From the NCBI GenBank assembly GCA_963783375.1, contig CAWANH010000029.1:544001-608000 (forward strand): a stretch of DNA of 64,000 bases, in the 5' to 3' direction. Source of the stretch: Candidatus Eiseniibacteriota bacterium. GTDB taxonomy: Bacteria; Eisenbacteria; RBG-16-71-46; JABDJR01. Positions 1-10,005 of this stretch are shown piece after piece; positions within the stretch are counted from its first letter, which is position 1; each line of letters opens with the position of its first letter. Made by a program: the position numbers and the translations under genes. The notes beneath the pieces are model-generated. The model made no database searches. It had not been told where the DNA came from and saw only the letters and a program-made list of their open reading frames with translations.

Positions 1-669
1 GTACCAGGAGGTGCCGTAGATCCTCTGGAGACGATCCCGCTCGGAGTCGCCCCGCCAGTACGAGCCGGCCACCGAGAGAAGCTTGAAGGCATGGAGCCGT
101 CCGGTGGAGGGGAGATGGGGGCCGGTGCAGAGGTCCACGAAGTCGCCGTGCTGATAGATCGAGACCTCGGGGTCCTTGATACCGTCCAGGATCTCAACCT
201 TGAACCGGTCGCCCCGCTTCCGGAACTCGCGGACCGCCTTCTCCTTCTTCACCATGGTCTTGGTGAAGGGGAGGTCCCGGTCCACGATCTCCTGCATCTT
301 GGCCTCGATGGCCCGGAGGTCGTCCTCGGCGAAGGGGCGTTCGGTCTCGAAGTCGTAGAAGAAGCCGTCCTCGATGGCGGGTCCGATGGCGTACTTGGTC
401 CCCGGGAAGAGATCCTCGACCGCCGAGGCCATGATGTGGGCCGAACTGTGACGGTAGAGGTCGCGGCCTGCGGGGTCGTCGAAATCCACCGGCTTCACCT
501 CGGCCCCTTCCGCCGCCGGTTCGTACAGGCCCGTGAGGACCCCGTCGACCTTGACCGCGTAGACGTCGGGCGAGGCGCCGGCCTCTCGCACGACATCCCC
601 GTAGGTGGCGCCGTCGGCGAGATCCATCTCGCGTTTCCCGTCCGGCATGAGCACGGTGACCTTGGGCAT
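1..669 (-). CDS. thrS: Threonyl-tRNA synthetase, 5' part (runs off window start)
   Basis: Translated by hand from ATG 669 (RBS GGAGG upstream): TGS-like N-terminus, RHSSAHIMASAV, GPAIEDGFFYDF, DLCTGPH, FKLLSVAGSYWRGD, RIYGT. Not in the ORF track because it is truncated. Confidence 0.96.
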   Translation of the reverse strand, partial: MPKVTVLMPDGKREMDLADGATYGDVVREAGASPDVYAVKVDGVLTGLYEPAAEGAEVKPVDFDDPAGRDLYRHSSAHIMASAVEDLFPGTKYAIGPAIEDGFFYDFETERPFAEDDLRAIEAKMQEIVDRDLPFTKTMVKKEKAVREFRKRGDRFKVEILDGIKDPEVSIYQHGDFVDLCTGPHLPSTGRLHAFKLLSVAGSYWRGDSERDRLQRIYGTSWY

Positions 670-835
670 GGCCGTCTTCCTCCCGGGGCTCGCGACCCGG
701 CCGGGGCGAAGGGCCGCGGGCGGGCCGGAAACAGAGACGCAGGCCGGGGGCCTGCGTGCGTCCTGCTCCGAGTGTAGGTTCGGGGTCAGGGGTCAGCGGC
801 GGAGGCGGACCCCGCGCCCCCCCCTCGAACTGACC

Positions 836-912
836 TGGTGGGCGATACTGGATTCGAACCAGTGACCTCTTGCATGTCAAGCAAGCACTCTAACCAACTG
901 AGCTAATCGCCC
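836..912 (-). tRNA. tRNA-Val (GAC)
   Basis: Reverse complement GGGCGATTAGCTCAGTTGGTTAGAG...CTTGC-TT-GAC-AT-GCAAG...GGTTCGAATCC...CCCACCA; cloverleaf with encoded CCA. Confidence 0.97.
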
Positions 913-930
913 TTGAAAGCAAGGCCGGGA

Positions 931-958
931 AGGATACCAGAGCGCCGGAAGGTGTCAA
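931..958 (-). promoter_or_regulatory. sigma70-type promoter for tRNA-Val/thrS
   Basis: TTGACA, 16 nt spacer ending in TGG (extended -10), TATCCT, just upstream of the tRNA. Confidence 0.65.
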
Positions 959-980
959 GGGAGCCGGGGCCGGACCCTAT

Positions 981-1280
981 CTACCACTCCTCCTCTTCCT
1001 CTTCTTCCTCCTCGTCCTCGTCCTCATCGTAGTCGTCGTCGGAGTCGTCCCAGTCCTCGTCATCGTCGTCGTCGTCATCGTCGTCGTCGTCTTCCTCGTC
1101 CTCATCTTCCTCTTCGTCTTCGAACAGCTCCTCGTCGTCCTCTTCGTCGATCATATACACCTCGTCGCTCCCGCATTCGGGGCAGTAGCGGATGACCTCG
1201 TCCGGATTCTCTTCGCTGACCTCTTTCTCGAAGGTGGTTCCGTCCTCGTCCGTGTACCCGCAGTTGTCACACTGCCACAT
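981..1280 (-). CDS. Small zinc-ribbon protein with extremely acidic C-terminal tail (99 aa)
   Basis: ATG 1280 with GGGAGG RBS; CDNC...CPECG; C-terminal half almost entirely Asp/Glu, ending in Trp. Confidence 0.8.
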   Translation of the reverse strand: MWQCDNCGYTDEDGTTFEKEVSEENPDEVIRYCPECGSDEVYMIDEEDDEELFEDEEEDEDEEDDDDDDDDDDDEDWDDSDDDYDEDEDEEEEEEEEEW

Positions 1281-1436
1281 GCTCTCTCCCTCCCGGTCTG
1301 GCCGATGGCCTGAACCCCCACCGGAGCACATGAGGGTACTACAGACGCCCCGCGACGATTCCAGCACTTTCTCACTGGCATCCGGCGGCGCGGCGGCTGG
1401 GCAGCCCGGTCGGGCTCGGGGGGGCGGCATCGCGCA

Positions 1437-1461
1437 TAATTGTATATGTCACAAATACTTG
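1437..1461. promoter_or_regulatory. AT-rich imperfect dyad TAATT-N15-ACTTG (possible nucleoid/TF site)
   Basis: AT-rich island in GC-rich DNA; same geometry as 26423-26447. Confidence 0.3.
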
Positions 1462-1563
1462 TGGCTTCGACTCTCTCTCCCGCCAGGGGGACCGGTCCCC
1501 CCTCTACATCTCCCCCCACCGGACGGGAGACCGTCTCGCCTCGCCTCGCGCGGCACCTTTGAG

Positions 1564-1640
1564 TGGTGCCCCCGGGGTGACTCGAACACCCGGCACGCGG
1601 TTTAGGAAACCGCTGCTCTATCCACCTGAGCTACGGGGGC
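1564..1640 (-). tRNA. tRNA-Arg (CCT)
   Basis: GCCCCCGTAGCTCAGGTGGATAGAGC...GCGGT-TT-CCT-AA-ACCGC...GTTCGAGT...GGGGGCACCA. Confidence 0.96.
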
Positions 1641-1676
1641 CAAGTCGTAACCAACGGTATGGCAATGGAATCAAGG

Positions 1677-1706
1677 ATGCTAGCAGAGCGGAAGAAAGCC
1701 CAGCAA
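1677..1706 (-). promoter_or_regulatory. Probable promoter of tRNA-Arg
   Basis: TTGCTG, 18 nt spacer ending TGC, TAGCAT. Confidence 0.45.
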
Positions 1707-1765
1707 GGCGGAAACGGGAGGGGGGAGCACCGACGCCCCGGCGCTCCCCCCCCCGAATCCATGCG

Positions 1766-3031
1766 TCAGGCCGTGGTCGTGTTGGCCAGATAGAGCTTTC
1801 GCAGTTGGATCCCGTCCAGTTCGAAGATCCCGATCTCGTGGGTGATCTGGCGCCGCCCCGGCTTGCCCGACTGGGTCCATGGGAAGACCTCCTCCAGGGT
1901 TCCGAACCAGGTCGCCCGCCGGCGGTTGAGGATCAGCTTCCGGTCGGTGGGGAGCTTTCCGGCGGCGGCGAGGTCGAGCGTCGCCGGGTCCACCGCCAGG
2001 TCCTCGATGAGCGCGCTCAGGGCCGGGTCCTTGGGAGGACTCAGTGCGAGAGAGAATCCCTCCCCGCGGAGTTGATACCCCCCTTCGATCTTCACCACGA
2101 AGGCGCCCACCGCCACCCGCTCCACCCCCTTGAACGTCTTGTCCCGGTCGTAGCGGATGCCGCTCCCGTCCATGTAGCCCACACCCCCCGGGTCCGCGGT
2201 GGTCGGAGGAGCGCTCCCCGCGACCACCGGCAGGATGTCCATGTCCAGGTTCACGTCCGGAGTGGCCTGGGCGTCGCGAAGGATCCGATCCACGTGGTAT
2301 CGGTGACCCTCGGTGCGGGAAAGATCGATCTGGAAGGTGACGGCGGCCGCGCCCCGCTCCCCCTTCACCAGATCCTCGAGCGAGTTCTCGTGGAGCCCGG
2401 GAATCCGGATGTAGGCATGATCCACCACCGCGCCCTTCCCCTCCCAATGAGGCCAGCCCACCACGGTCACCGACACGTAGCGGGAATCGTCGGGGTTCAG
2501 CAGCTTCCCGAACGCGCTCTGCGCCGGAGCCGGGCGGGCCGCGCGTTCCATGACCGCCCCGAAGTCCGGGACGGCTCCGTATCCGCGGTTGAGGTGGTCG
2601 TGGATGATCGCTCCCATCGCGATCAGGACGGCCAGAACCCCGGCGAAAGCCAGGGGCAGAACAACCTTCATCTTCGGGGACGGAGTCAGGCCGTGCTGGT
2701 GGAGGACGGAGATCGTGGACAGATCCTCCCCCGCCGGGGTCGCGTCGCGGGTCTTGGCCGACGAGGCGTCCGCGTGGGTTCCAAGATCCTCCACCTCGAC
2801 CGGATGGTAGCCGAGCCCCTCGGCCTTCTCCCTCAAGGCGGCCAGGGCCTCCGGGGCCAGGGGTGGGGTGCGGATCGCGGTATAGAGGAAGTTGACCGGC
2901 TCGAACGCCCCGAGGCCCAGCTCATCGGCCAGACGGCCCGCTTCGCTCTCCCCCCGGGTGAGCCCGCTGATTTCCACCGTCCCCTTCCGGTCGACCCGAA
3001 CTTCCAGCGTGTGGGCATGCGTGGTCGTCAT
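1766..3031 (-). CDS. Hypothetical single-pass membrane protein (about 421 aa)
   Basis: ATG 3031 with AAGGGAG RBS; normal codon usage; one hydrophobic segment VVLPLAFAGVLAVLIAMGAII; no family recognised. Confidence 0.7.
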   Translation of the reverse strand: MTTTHAHTLEVRVDRKGTVEISGLTRGESEAGRLADELGLGAFEPVNFLYTAIRTPPLAPEALAALREKAEGLGYHPVEVEDLGTHADASSAKTRDATPAGEDLSTISVLHQHGLTPSPKMKVVLPLAFAGVLAVLIAMGAIIHDHLNRGYGAVPDFGAVMERAARPAPAQSAFGKLLNPDDSRYVSVTVVGWPHWEGKGAVVDHAYIRIPGLHENSLEDLVKGERGAAAVTFQIDLSRTEGHRYHVDRILRDAQATPDVNLDMDILPVVAGSAPPTTADPGGVGYMDGSGIRYDRDKTFKGVERVAVGAFVVKIEGGYQLRGEGFSLALSPPKDPALSALIEDLAVDPATLDLAAAGKLPTDRKLILNRRRATWFGTLEEVFPWTQSGKPGRRQITHEIGIFELDGIQLRKLYLANTTTA

Positions 3032-3186
3032 CTTCAGAACTCCCTTCTGAATCCGAAGCCGGGCGCGATCTCCGCCCGCATGCGTGGAGCACCTCGATCC
3101 AAACATCCCACCTCCCCACCCCCGGGAGCCCCCCAAAATGTGGAAATGACATATGCCGGGAAGCGGGAACCCCCGCGGGGGAGCGC

Positions 3187-3215
3187 TTGACACTCCCTCG
3201 AAACTACCGGATCAT
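3187..3215 (+). promoter_or_regulatory. Possible promoter of the flippase/GT operon
   Basis: TTGACA at 3187, 17 nt spacer, weak -10 GATCAT. Confidence 0.35.
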
Positions 3216-3326
3216 GAACGGCTTACAGGCTCCGCGAGGGGTTCGGGCAGCCGCCCGGGCCGGTTGCGGAACCGAATCGGGTTCCTCCCGAGGCTCGTCC
3301 GTCATTCCGTCACCCAACCAACCGAC

Positions 3327-4803
3327 TTGAGCCAGACCAACTCCCAGTTCCTTCGCGGACTTCTCACCCTCACCCTGAGCCGCTATTTCGTCCGGGCCCT
3401 GAGCCTCGTCAAGGGGCTGGTGGTGGCGCGGGTCCTGGGGCCGAACCTCTACGGGGTGATGGGCCTGCTGGCGGTGTTCCTCGGCTACAGCGCCTACGCC
3501 GACCTGGGGATCTTCGGGGGGCTCACCAAGGAAGTCCCGGTCCACCTGGCCCGCAAGGAGGACGACAAGGTCCGGGAGGCCGAGGGCGCGGGCTTCACCT
3601 CGGTGACCCTCTTCACCCTCGTCTTCTCCCTGGTGGTGATGGCTGGCGCTGTGGGGAAGGACGCCGGACATCACGCGGGCGCTTCCCGCGCTGGTCTTCG
3701 CCATGACCTCCCAGCAGGTCTTCAAGTACTGCACGGTGCTGCTCCGGGCCCGAAGCCGGTTCTCGGAGACCGCGGTGGCCTGGAGCGCGCTCCAGGTCCT
3801 GGACATGGGGCTCGAGCTGGCGCTGGTCTTCCCCCTCCACATCACCGGCGTCTTCCTGGGCCAGGGTCTGGCGTTTCTCGCCGCCTCGGCCTTCATCCTC
3901 GCCCGGAACGGGCTGTTTCCCCGCATCCACCTGAACTTCCGCATCTCCGGACGCCTGGTGGCCGCCGGCATTCCCCTGGTGGTCTCCACCCTGACCTTCC
4001 TGCTGCTTCAGACCGTGGACCGGTTCCTCATCGCGGGCTACCTCGACACCACCGCGCTCGGCCACTACATGATCGGGGTGTTCTGCGCCAACCTCATCTA
4101 CTTCATTCCGGAGAGCCTCGGCTACGTGCTGTTTCCGAACTTCCGCGAACGATTGGCCGGCCTGGCCCACGGGGAGCTTCCGCCGGTGCGCTACATCGAG
4201 CTCCCCACCCGGATGCTTTCCTACGTGCTTCCCCCCTTCACCGCGATGGTGTTCCTGGGCATCCCGGTGATCGGGCTCCTCCTCCCCGCCTACGTTCCCG
4301 GGCTGAACAGCGCGCGGATCCTGGTTCTGGGCACCTTCTTCCTGTCCCTGGTGACCAGCGTCACCAGCTTCCTGATCGCCGCCGACCGTCACTGGAAGCT
4401 CATGGCGGTCCAGGCCGGCGCGGTGGTCGCTGGATCTGGCCTGAACATCATCGCGCTCAAGACAGGGCGACGGAATCGAGGGGGTAGCCCTGGCCACCGC
4501 GATCAGCTACGTGTTCTACGCCACCGGCTTCGCTCTGGCTCTCCTATCGCTACCTCCGCTTCTCGCTGCTCCGAAGCCACCCCGAAACTCCTGCGCCTCT
4601 ACGCGCCCTACCTGTACGTGCTGGCCGCTTGCCTCCTGGTCGTCGGCTGGTATCCCCTGGGGTCGGGGGCGGTGCTGGGCACGGTGCTCCTCCGGGAGGC
4701 GCTGTTCCTGACCGCGCTCCTTCCCGGTGTATGGCTGTTGCAACGCACCACCGGCGCGGTGAGCGAGGTGGTGGGGATGATCCGGAAGGCAATCCAGGCA
4801 TGA
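3327..4803 (+). CDS. Wzx/MOP-type oligosaccharide flippase (frameshifted near 3642 and 4460-4590)
   Basis: VARVLGPNLYG, ADLGI, QTVDRFLIAGYL...LGHY and GIEGVALATAISY motifs spread over several frames; many TM helices; start (TTG 3327) uncertain. Confidence 0.8.
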
Positions 4804-6005
4804 GCGGCCCGCGCGTGCTCATGGTGATCCAGCGCTTCCGGCCCGACCTTCACCGGGCACGGAATCCAGATCGAGAACCTGGGGCGGGAGCTGGCGCGCG
4901 CGGGGGGCCCGGGTGGAGATCGTGACCCGGCGGGTCCCGGGGACCCCCGAGTTCGAGGACGGGCCGGTCCCGGTGCGGCGCTTTCCCATGGCCCCGACCA
5001 GGAACCCCGTCCTGCTCTGGTGGGGGCACCGCGAACTCATCCGCTACATCGAGCGAAGCGGCGACCGGTTCGACGTTCTCCACATCCACGGCTTTCCCCC
5101 CGGCCTCGGCCTCATGCTGCGGGCGGGCCGCCGGGCGGGTCTCCGGACCGTGGTGACCTCCACCCTGCTCGGCGCGGACGATCCGCTCACCGTGAAGCGG
5201 AAGGGGCGGCTGGCCGGCGTGGCGCTTCCGCGCCTACTCCGGGCCGACCGCTTCATCGCCATCTGCCCCGCCCTGACCGACCTCTATCCCCGGGCCGGGA
5301 TCCCGGCGGACGAAGGTGGAGGAGATTCCCGTCGGGGTCTCGGTGGAGCGGTTCCACCCCCCGGCCGATCGCGAGGCGGCGGCCGGAGGCGCTGGGCTGG
5401 CCCCGGGACGTTCCCCGCGCCCTCTTCGTGGGAGGGATTCTCCGCCGGAAGGGGGTGGACGTGCTCCTCTCCGCCTGGGAGGAGGTCGTGCGCGCCCTCC
5501 CCGAGGCCCGGCTGTACCTCGCCGGCCCCACCGACTTCGGGGCCGGGCCCCCTCCGGGAACCGCGGAGTTCGCCGCGGCGTGCCGGGAGCGGGCCGCGCG
5601 CCCCCCGCTCGCCGGGCGGGTGCACTTCCTGGAGGCCCGCGACGACACCGCCCCGCTCTATCGCGCCGCCCACCAGTTCGTCTTCGCGTCCCGCAAGGAG
5701 GGATTTCCCAACGTGCTCCTGGAGGCCCTGGCTTCGGGAACGCCCTGCGTCGCCGCCCGGATCCCCGGCTCCACCGACGTGAGCGTCCGGGACGGCGAGA
5801 CCGGCTACGTGGTGCCCCAGGAGGACCCCCACGCCCTGGCCGACCGCGTGGTCGCGCTCTTCCGCGACGAGGCCGCCCGCCGGCGGATGGGAGCGCGCCG
5901 CCCGGGCCGACGCCGAGGCCCGCTTCGCCTTCCCCGCGGTGGCCGAGGCGCACTTGAACCTCTACCGCGAGCTCCTGCGCCCCCGGCGGACCGGGAGAGC
6001 GATGA
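4800..6005 (+). CDS. GT4-family glycosyltransferase (several frameshifts; end approximate)
   Basis: ATGA overlap with flippase; RVLMVIQRF, DVLHIHG, FVGGILRRKGVDVLL, SRKEGFPNVLLEALASGTPCV; shifts near 4843, 4905, 5312, 5380, 5895. Confidence 0.85.
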
Positions 6006-8563
6006 TGTCCCCCGCCGACTCTCTCGGCACTCCTCATCCCGGGAGGCGGCGGCATCGGCTTTCTCCTGGCCGCGGTCCTCTGGCTCCTTCCCGGCGCCTT
6101 CCTCGCCCGGATCCTCGGCCGGGGAGGGCGGGAGGATCCGGTGCGGTTCCTGGCCGCCACGGTCGGGCTGGCGCTGGCGGTCAGCACGCTCGCCGCCTAC
6201 GTCTGCGCCCTGGCCGGCTTCCCCGCCGCGCGCTTCGACCTCGTGCTGCTCGGCCTCGGGATCGTCGCCCTGGCCGCCCTGGTGCTCCACGTCCGGACGC
6301 GGCCGGGGCCGACCGACGCCCCCGGTTTCGAGGACCCCGGATGGCGAACCCTGGGATGCCGCCGGACTCCTCTCGGTGGTGCTCCTCATCGCGGCGGGAG
6401 CCTGGATCGGGGCCACGCTTCGCACCTCCACCGACGCTCCCGACCACGTGGGCACCCTCCGGGAGATCCTCGCCAGCGGGCGGTTCTTCCCCACCGAGGC
6501 CTTCCACCTGGGCGCCGGCCACCTGGGCTTCGATCCGCGGAAAGGCCTGCTGAGCCCCATCTACGCCGCCATGGCCGACCTGGCCGGGATGAACCCGGTG
6601 GACTTCTGGCGGCTCCTTCCCGCCCTCACCGCCGCCTTCCCCTTCCTGGCCGGCTACGGCTTCCTCCGGGGGGCCGGCTTCACCCGGGGCTGGTCCCTGG
6701 CTGCGGGGTGGATCCTGGTGCTCTCCTGGAACGGCGGTCCCGGCGGGAACGGCATCACGATCTCGGCCTATCCGAACCAGGTGGGGGGAACCGTGTTCTG
6801 GATGGCCACCGGGGCCTCGCTGGCCGCGCTCCGATCCCCGGGCCCGGCGCGCCTCGTCATGGCCGCGCTCCTGGCCTGGGCCGCGGTGGCGGTCCATCCC
6901 ATGTACGTGGTCTTCCTGGCCATGTTCTACGGGATCCTGGGATGCTGGGCGCTCTTCGCCGCTCCCGCGCGGGGGCGGGCGATGGCCGCGCTGGCGATCA
7001 TGGGCGCCGGCGCCGGCGTCCTCCTCGGCCCATACCTCCTGTATCGCCTCCAGCAGTACGCCCCGGCCAACCCGATCCACACCGAGATCCAGGGGATGCT
7101 CTTTCTCACCGACCGGCTCTACGTCGCCGATCCCGGACGGCTCTGGGTCCATCTCGGGTGGGCGGGGCTGGTGGGCTATCCCCTGGCCCTGGTCGCCTGC
7201 TTCCGCCGCCGGCGCGAAGGGCTGGTTCCCTTCTACGTCGCCGGCGCGGTCCTGCTCATGGTCTTCCTCACCATGAACCCCCTCCTGGTTCCGATCCTCC
7301 AGAAGAAGCTCACCTACCTGGTGTTCCGGACCTTCTGGCTCCTCCCGCCGGGGTTGGCGGCGGGGCTCGCCCTCCCCCTGCTTCTCTCCGCTCCGTCGCG
7401 CGCCCTGGCCGCGGGTTCCTTCGGGGACGCGTCCGTCGCCGCCCACGACCCCCGCGCAGTCTCCTCCGAGGCCGCGACGCCTCGTTCCCGCGGGCGGACG
7501 ATCTGGGCGGGACTCCTCCTCGCCGCGGTGCTCCTTCCCGCTCTGGTCTCCGCCCCCCGGTGGCCGCTCCGCTCCCCGGCGCGAGACGGGGCGCGGAATC
7601 CCCTCGGGATGCGAAAGGCCCTCGAGGACCTCGATCGGGCCCTCCCGGCGCGATCGGTGATCCTGAGCGACCCCATCACGTCCTACCTGCTCCCCGCCTT
7701 CACCAGCCAGAGGGTGGTGGCCCCCTACGACCAGCACTCCTCCCCCAACGATTCCCTGGCCGTGGCCCGGACCCTGGTGGCCCGGGACGCGCTGAGCCTC
7801 TCGGTTCCGGTCGGGCGAGGCATGGGCGTTGGCCCGGAAGTGGGGTGCAGCCTATCTCGTCGTCAACACAGCGCTTCCAAAGGGGACTTCGACCGGTTTC
7901 TGGAGTTTCGATCGGCGGGCGCTGGAGCGGCGGGAGGCGGAGATGGCCGCCTCGCCCTACTTCCAGTCCGTGTTCGAGGAGCAAGGCCTGGTCGCGTTCC
8001 GCGTGCTCCCCGAGCCCACCCACACCCGCCTCGCCCCCCCGCCGACCCCCGAAACGTTCCCCGCTCCCACCAACGCCGACACCCTCCTCCTCCGCGAGGG
8101 GTTGGCGCTGTTGGCCGTGCGGGCCTCGGCGGACACCATCACCTGCCGGGAACCCCTGCGCATGGTCTTCCTCTGGGCATCGACCGAAGACGACCCCCCT
8201 CCCGAGGCGATCCACGGCGCCCTCCGCCTGGACGCGCTGAACGCCCCCGGCCGCGGCCTCCCGGCGGAGAAGCTGATCCGGAAGCTCGTCGCGACCCTGC
8301 GCGGCGAGCGCTACCGCTACCGGATGGACTGGGTCCCCGGCGGCGGGCGCCTGGCTCCGGACCATTGGCCCCGCGGCCGGGTCCTGGCCGACACCGTGGA
8401 GGTCCACCCGCCCTGCGCGTTGGCCCCCGGGGAGTACGCGGTCACCGTGACCCTGAACCGGCTCCCCAACATGCCCAACACCCGGCTCCGGGATTACCTG
8501 AGCAACCACGATCTCTACTCGGGGCCGGCGGTGGATACGGTGTGGGTGGCGCGGCGGAGGTAA
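6002..8563 (+). CDS. Large polytopic membrane protein, putative GT-C-fold glycosyltransferase (frameshifted)
   Basis: More than 10 hydrophobic segments; loop motif TDAPDH; C-terminal soluble domain VILSDPITSYLLPAFT...KWGAAYLVVN; shifts near 6030, 6345, 7820; TAA at 8561-8563. Confidence 0.55.
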
Positions 8564-8619
8564 TGGCGGGGGTGGATGCACGTCCCCGGGGCGCCGTTCC
8601 GTCCCGGAACTCCTTCGAG

Positions 8620-9417
8620 TCAGAGGCCGGGGGTCGGACCCTTGCGAGCGGAGACGTGAAGGCCCCACGCCGGGATGCGTCCGAACAGTCGGGCCTCCGC
8701 CCACACGAGGTTGTCGACCATACGGACCAGGCGGCCGCCGCCGCCGATCAGATCCCCGGTGGTGGCCGCCCCCCCCCGCTGATTGGCGCGGGCCAGATAG
8801 ATGAAGGCCCCCACGTCGGCCAGATTCCCCACGAGGTGCAGGCTGTGGCGCACCCGGAGCAACTCGAACCGCCGGCCGGTGAGTTCCTCGAGCACCCCGC
8901 GGCGGGTGAAGTGCTGGATGTGCCCGCCGAAGCGCCGTTTCAGGGCGTGCTCCCCCCGCTGGCCGGGAAGCCAGCGCCACAGGGACGAGGGATCCCCCTC
9001 GCACGGCACATGCAGGTGGAAGACGCCGCCGGGGCGAAGGACGCGGAAGATCTCATCCAGCAGGCGCTCGGGGTCGGGCACGTGCTCGAGCACGTCGACG
9101 GCGAGGACCCCGGCGAACTCCCCGTCGTCGGCGGGGATGCGATCCCCGGTGGTGAGCCGGGTCTCGACGCCCGGGTCGAGCCGCCGAAGATGCTCCAGGG
9201 CGCCGCGGCTGACGTCGGTGCCCACCCGTTCCAGCCTCGGGTGGATCCTTCCGAGCGCCCGGAGGAAGCGGCCGGCCCCGCACCCGATCTCGAGCACTTT
9301 GCCTTCTGCGGGGAGATGGGTGACCGCCTCAGACAGCCGGTACCCGGCGATGGTGCGTTCGCCGGGCCCGGTGCTCTCGGCCCCCCACATCGCCTGTTCG
9401 TAATCGAATTCGGTCAC
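8620..9417 (-). CDS. Class I SAM-dependent methyltransferase
   Basis: VLEIGCGAG, GTDVS, DVLEHVPDP, EIFRVLRPGG; GTG 9417 with GAGG RBS. Confidence 0.88.
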   Translation of the reverse strand: MTEFDYEQAMWGAESTGPGERTIAGYRLSEAVTHLPAEGKVLEIGCGAGRFLRALGRIHPRLERVGTDVSRGALEHLRRLDPGVETRLTTGDRIPADDGEFAGVLAVDVLEHVPDPERLLDEIFRVLRPGGVFHLHVPCEGDPSSLWRWLPGQRGEHALKRRFGGHIQHFTRRGVLEELTGRRFELLRVRHSLHLVGNLADVGAFIYLARANQRGGAATTGDLIGGGGRLVRMVDNLVWAEARLFGRIPAWGLHVSARKGPTPGL

Positions 9418-9576
9418 GGTCAATTGTCCTCGCATCCGCGGTTCGACCGCGCCGGTGCCGGGGGCCGCGCTGTCCACGGGTCTGCTGCTCTGATAGACTT
9501 CGCCTCCGCGCTCGAGGATTCCCGGCGGTTTTCCCCGGATAATTCGCGGGATTCAACTACTGAGGGCACCAAAGAC

Positions 9577-10005
9577 GTGCAGGACCCCGGCATTCCGGCA
9601 GAAAGTGCGACCCTGGTCGCCGAAGCCCACGCGCTACATCATATCTTATTCGGCGGATCCGCCCCGGAGTCCCTCGTGGCCGCCTACGTCGACGCGCATC
9701 GGGTGTGGTGGCCGGATGCCCCTGTCGCGGGGGAAGGGGACGTCCGTCGGGCCGTAAACCTCGGCCTTGATCTCGAAGCCCTGGAGATGGTCTTCAGGCT
9801 CCGCGGACAGAACCATCCCCTGGTCCGGAAGCTCGGGATCTTCGTTGCCCTGGCCGAGGCCTTTCCCCGGTATCAACCCCGGTTCGTCGCCCATGCGTCC
9901 CGGCACTGGACGGCCGCTCTGGGGATCCTTGCCGCCCATGCGCTCCGGAGCGCAATGAAATCGGTGAAGGGCCTCTACCTCATCCGGAGGCACGGTCTTG
10001 GGTGA
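9577..10005 (+). CDS. Hypothetical protein (about 142 aa) coupled to the GMC oxidoreductase
   Basis: Natural-looking C-terminal part of the chimeric 5020..10005 ORF; GTG 9577; overlaps next start. Confidence 0.6.
   Translation: MQDPGIPAESATLVAEAHALHHILFGGSAPESLVAAYVDAHRVWWPDAPVAGEGDVRRAVNLGLDLEALEMVFRLRGQNHPLVRKLGIFVALAEAFPRYQPRFVAHASRHWTAALGILAAHALRSAMKSVKGLYLIRRHGLG

Noticed and set aside
985-1150. TCG/TCC trinucleotide-like repeats as a satellite or CRISPR
   Set aside because: They are Asp/Glu codons of the acidic protein; no repeat-spacer structure.
1429-1456. Resemblance to a dif site (ATCGCGCATAA like the XerC arm)
   Set aside because: The XerD arm is out of register and poorly matched with a 6-bp spacer; no supporting terminus context.
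3170-3181. Palindrome CCCCCGCGGGGG, also near 18352 and 52049
   Set aside because: Low-complexity GC palindrome; one copy is within a CDS and the flanks share nothing, so not a convincing REP family.
5020-10005. 1661-aa giant ORF
   Set aside because: Chimera of parts of GT4, the membrane protein, antisense methyltransferase sequence and the 142-aa gene, made possible by frameshifts and high GC.
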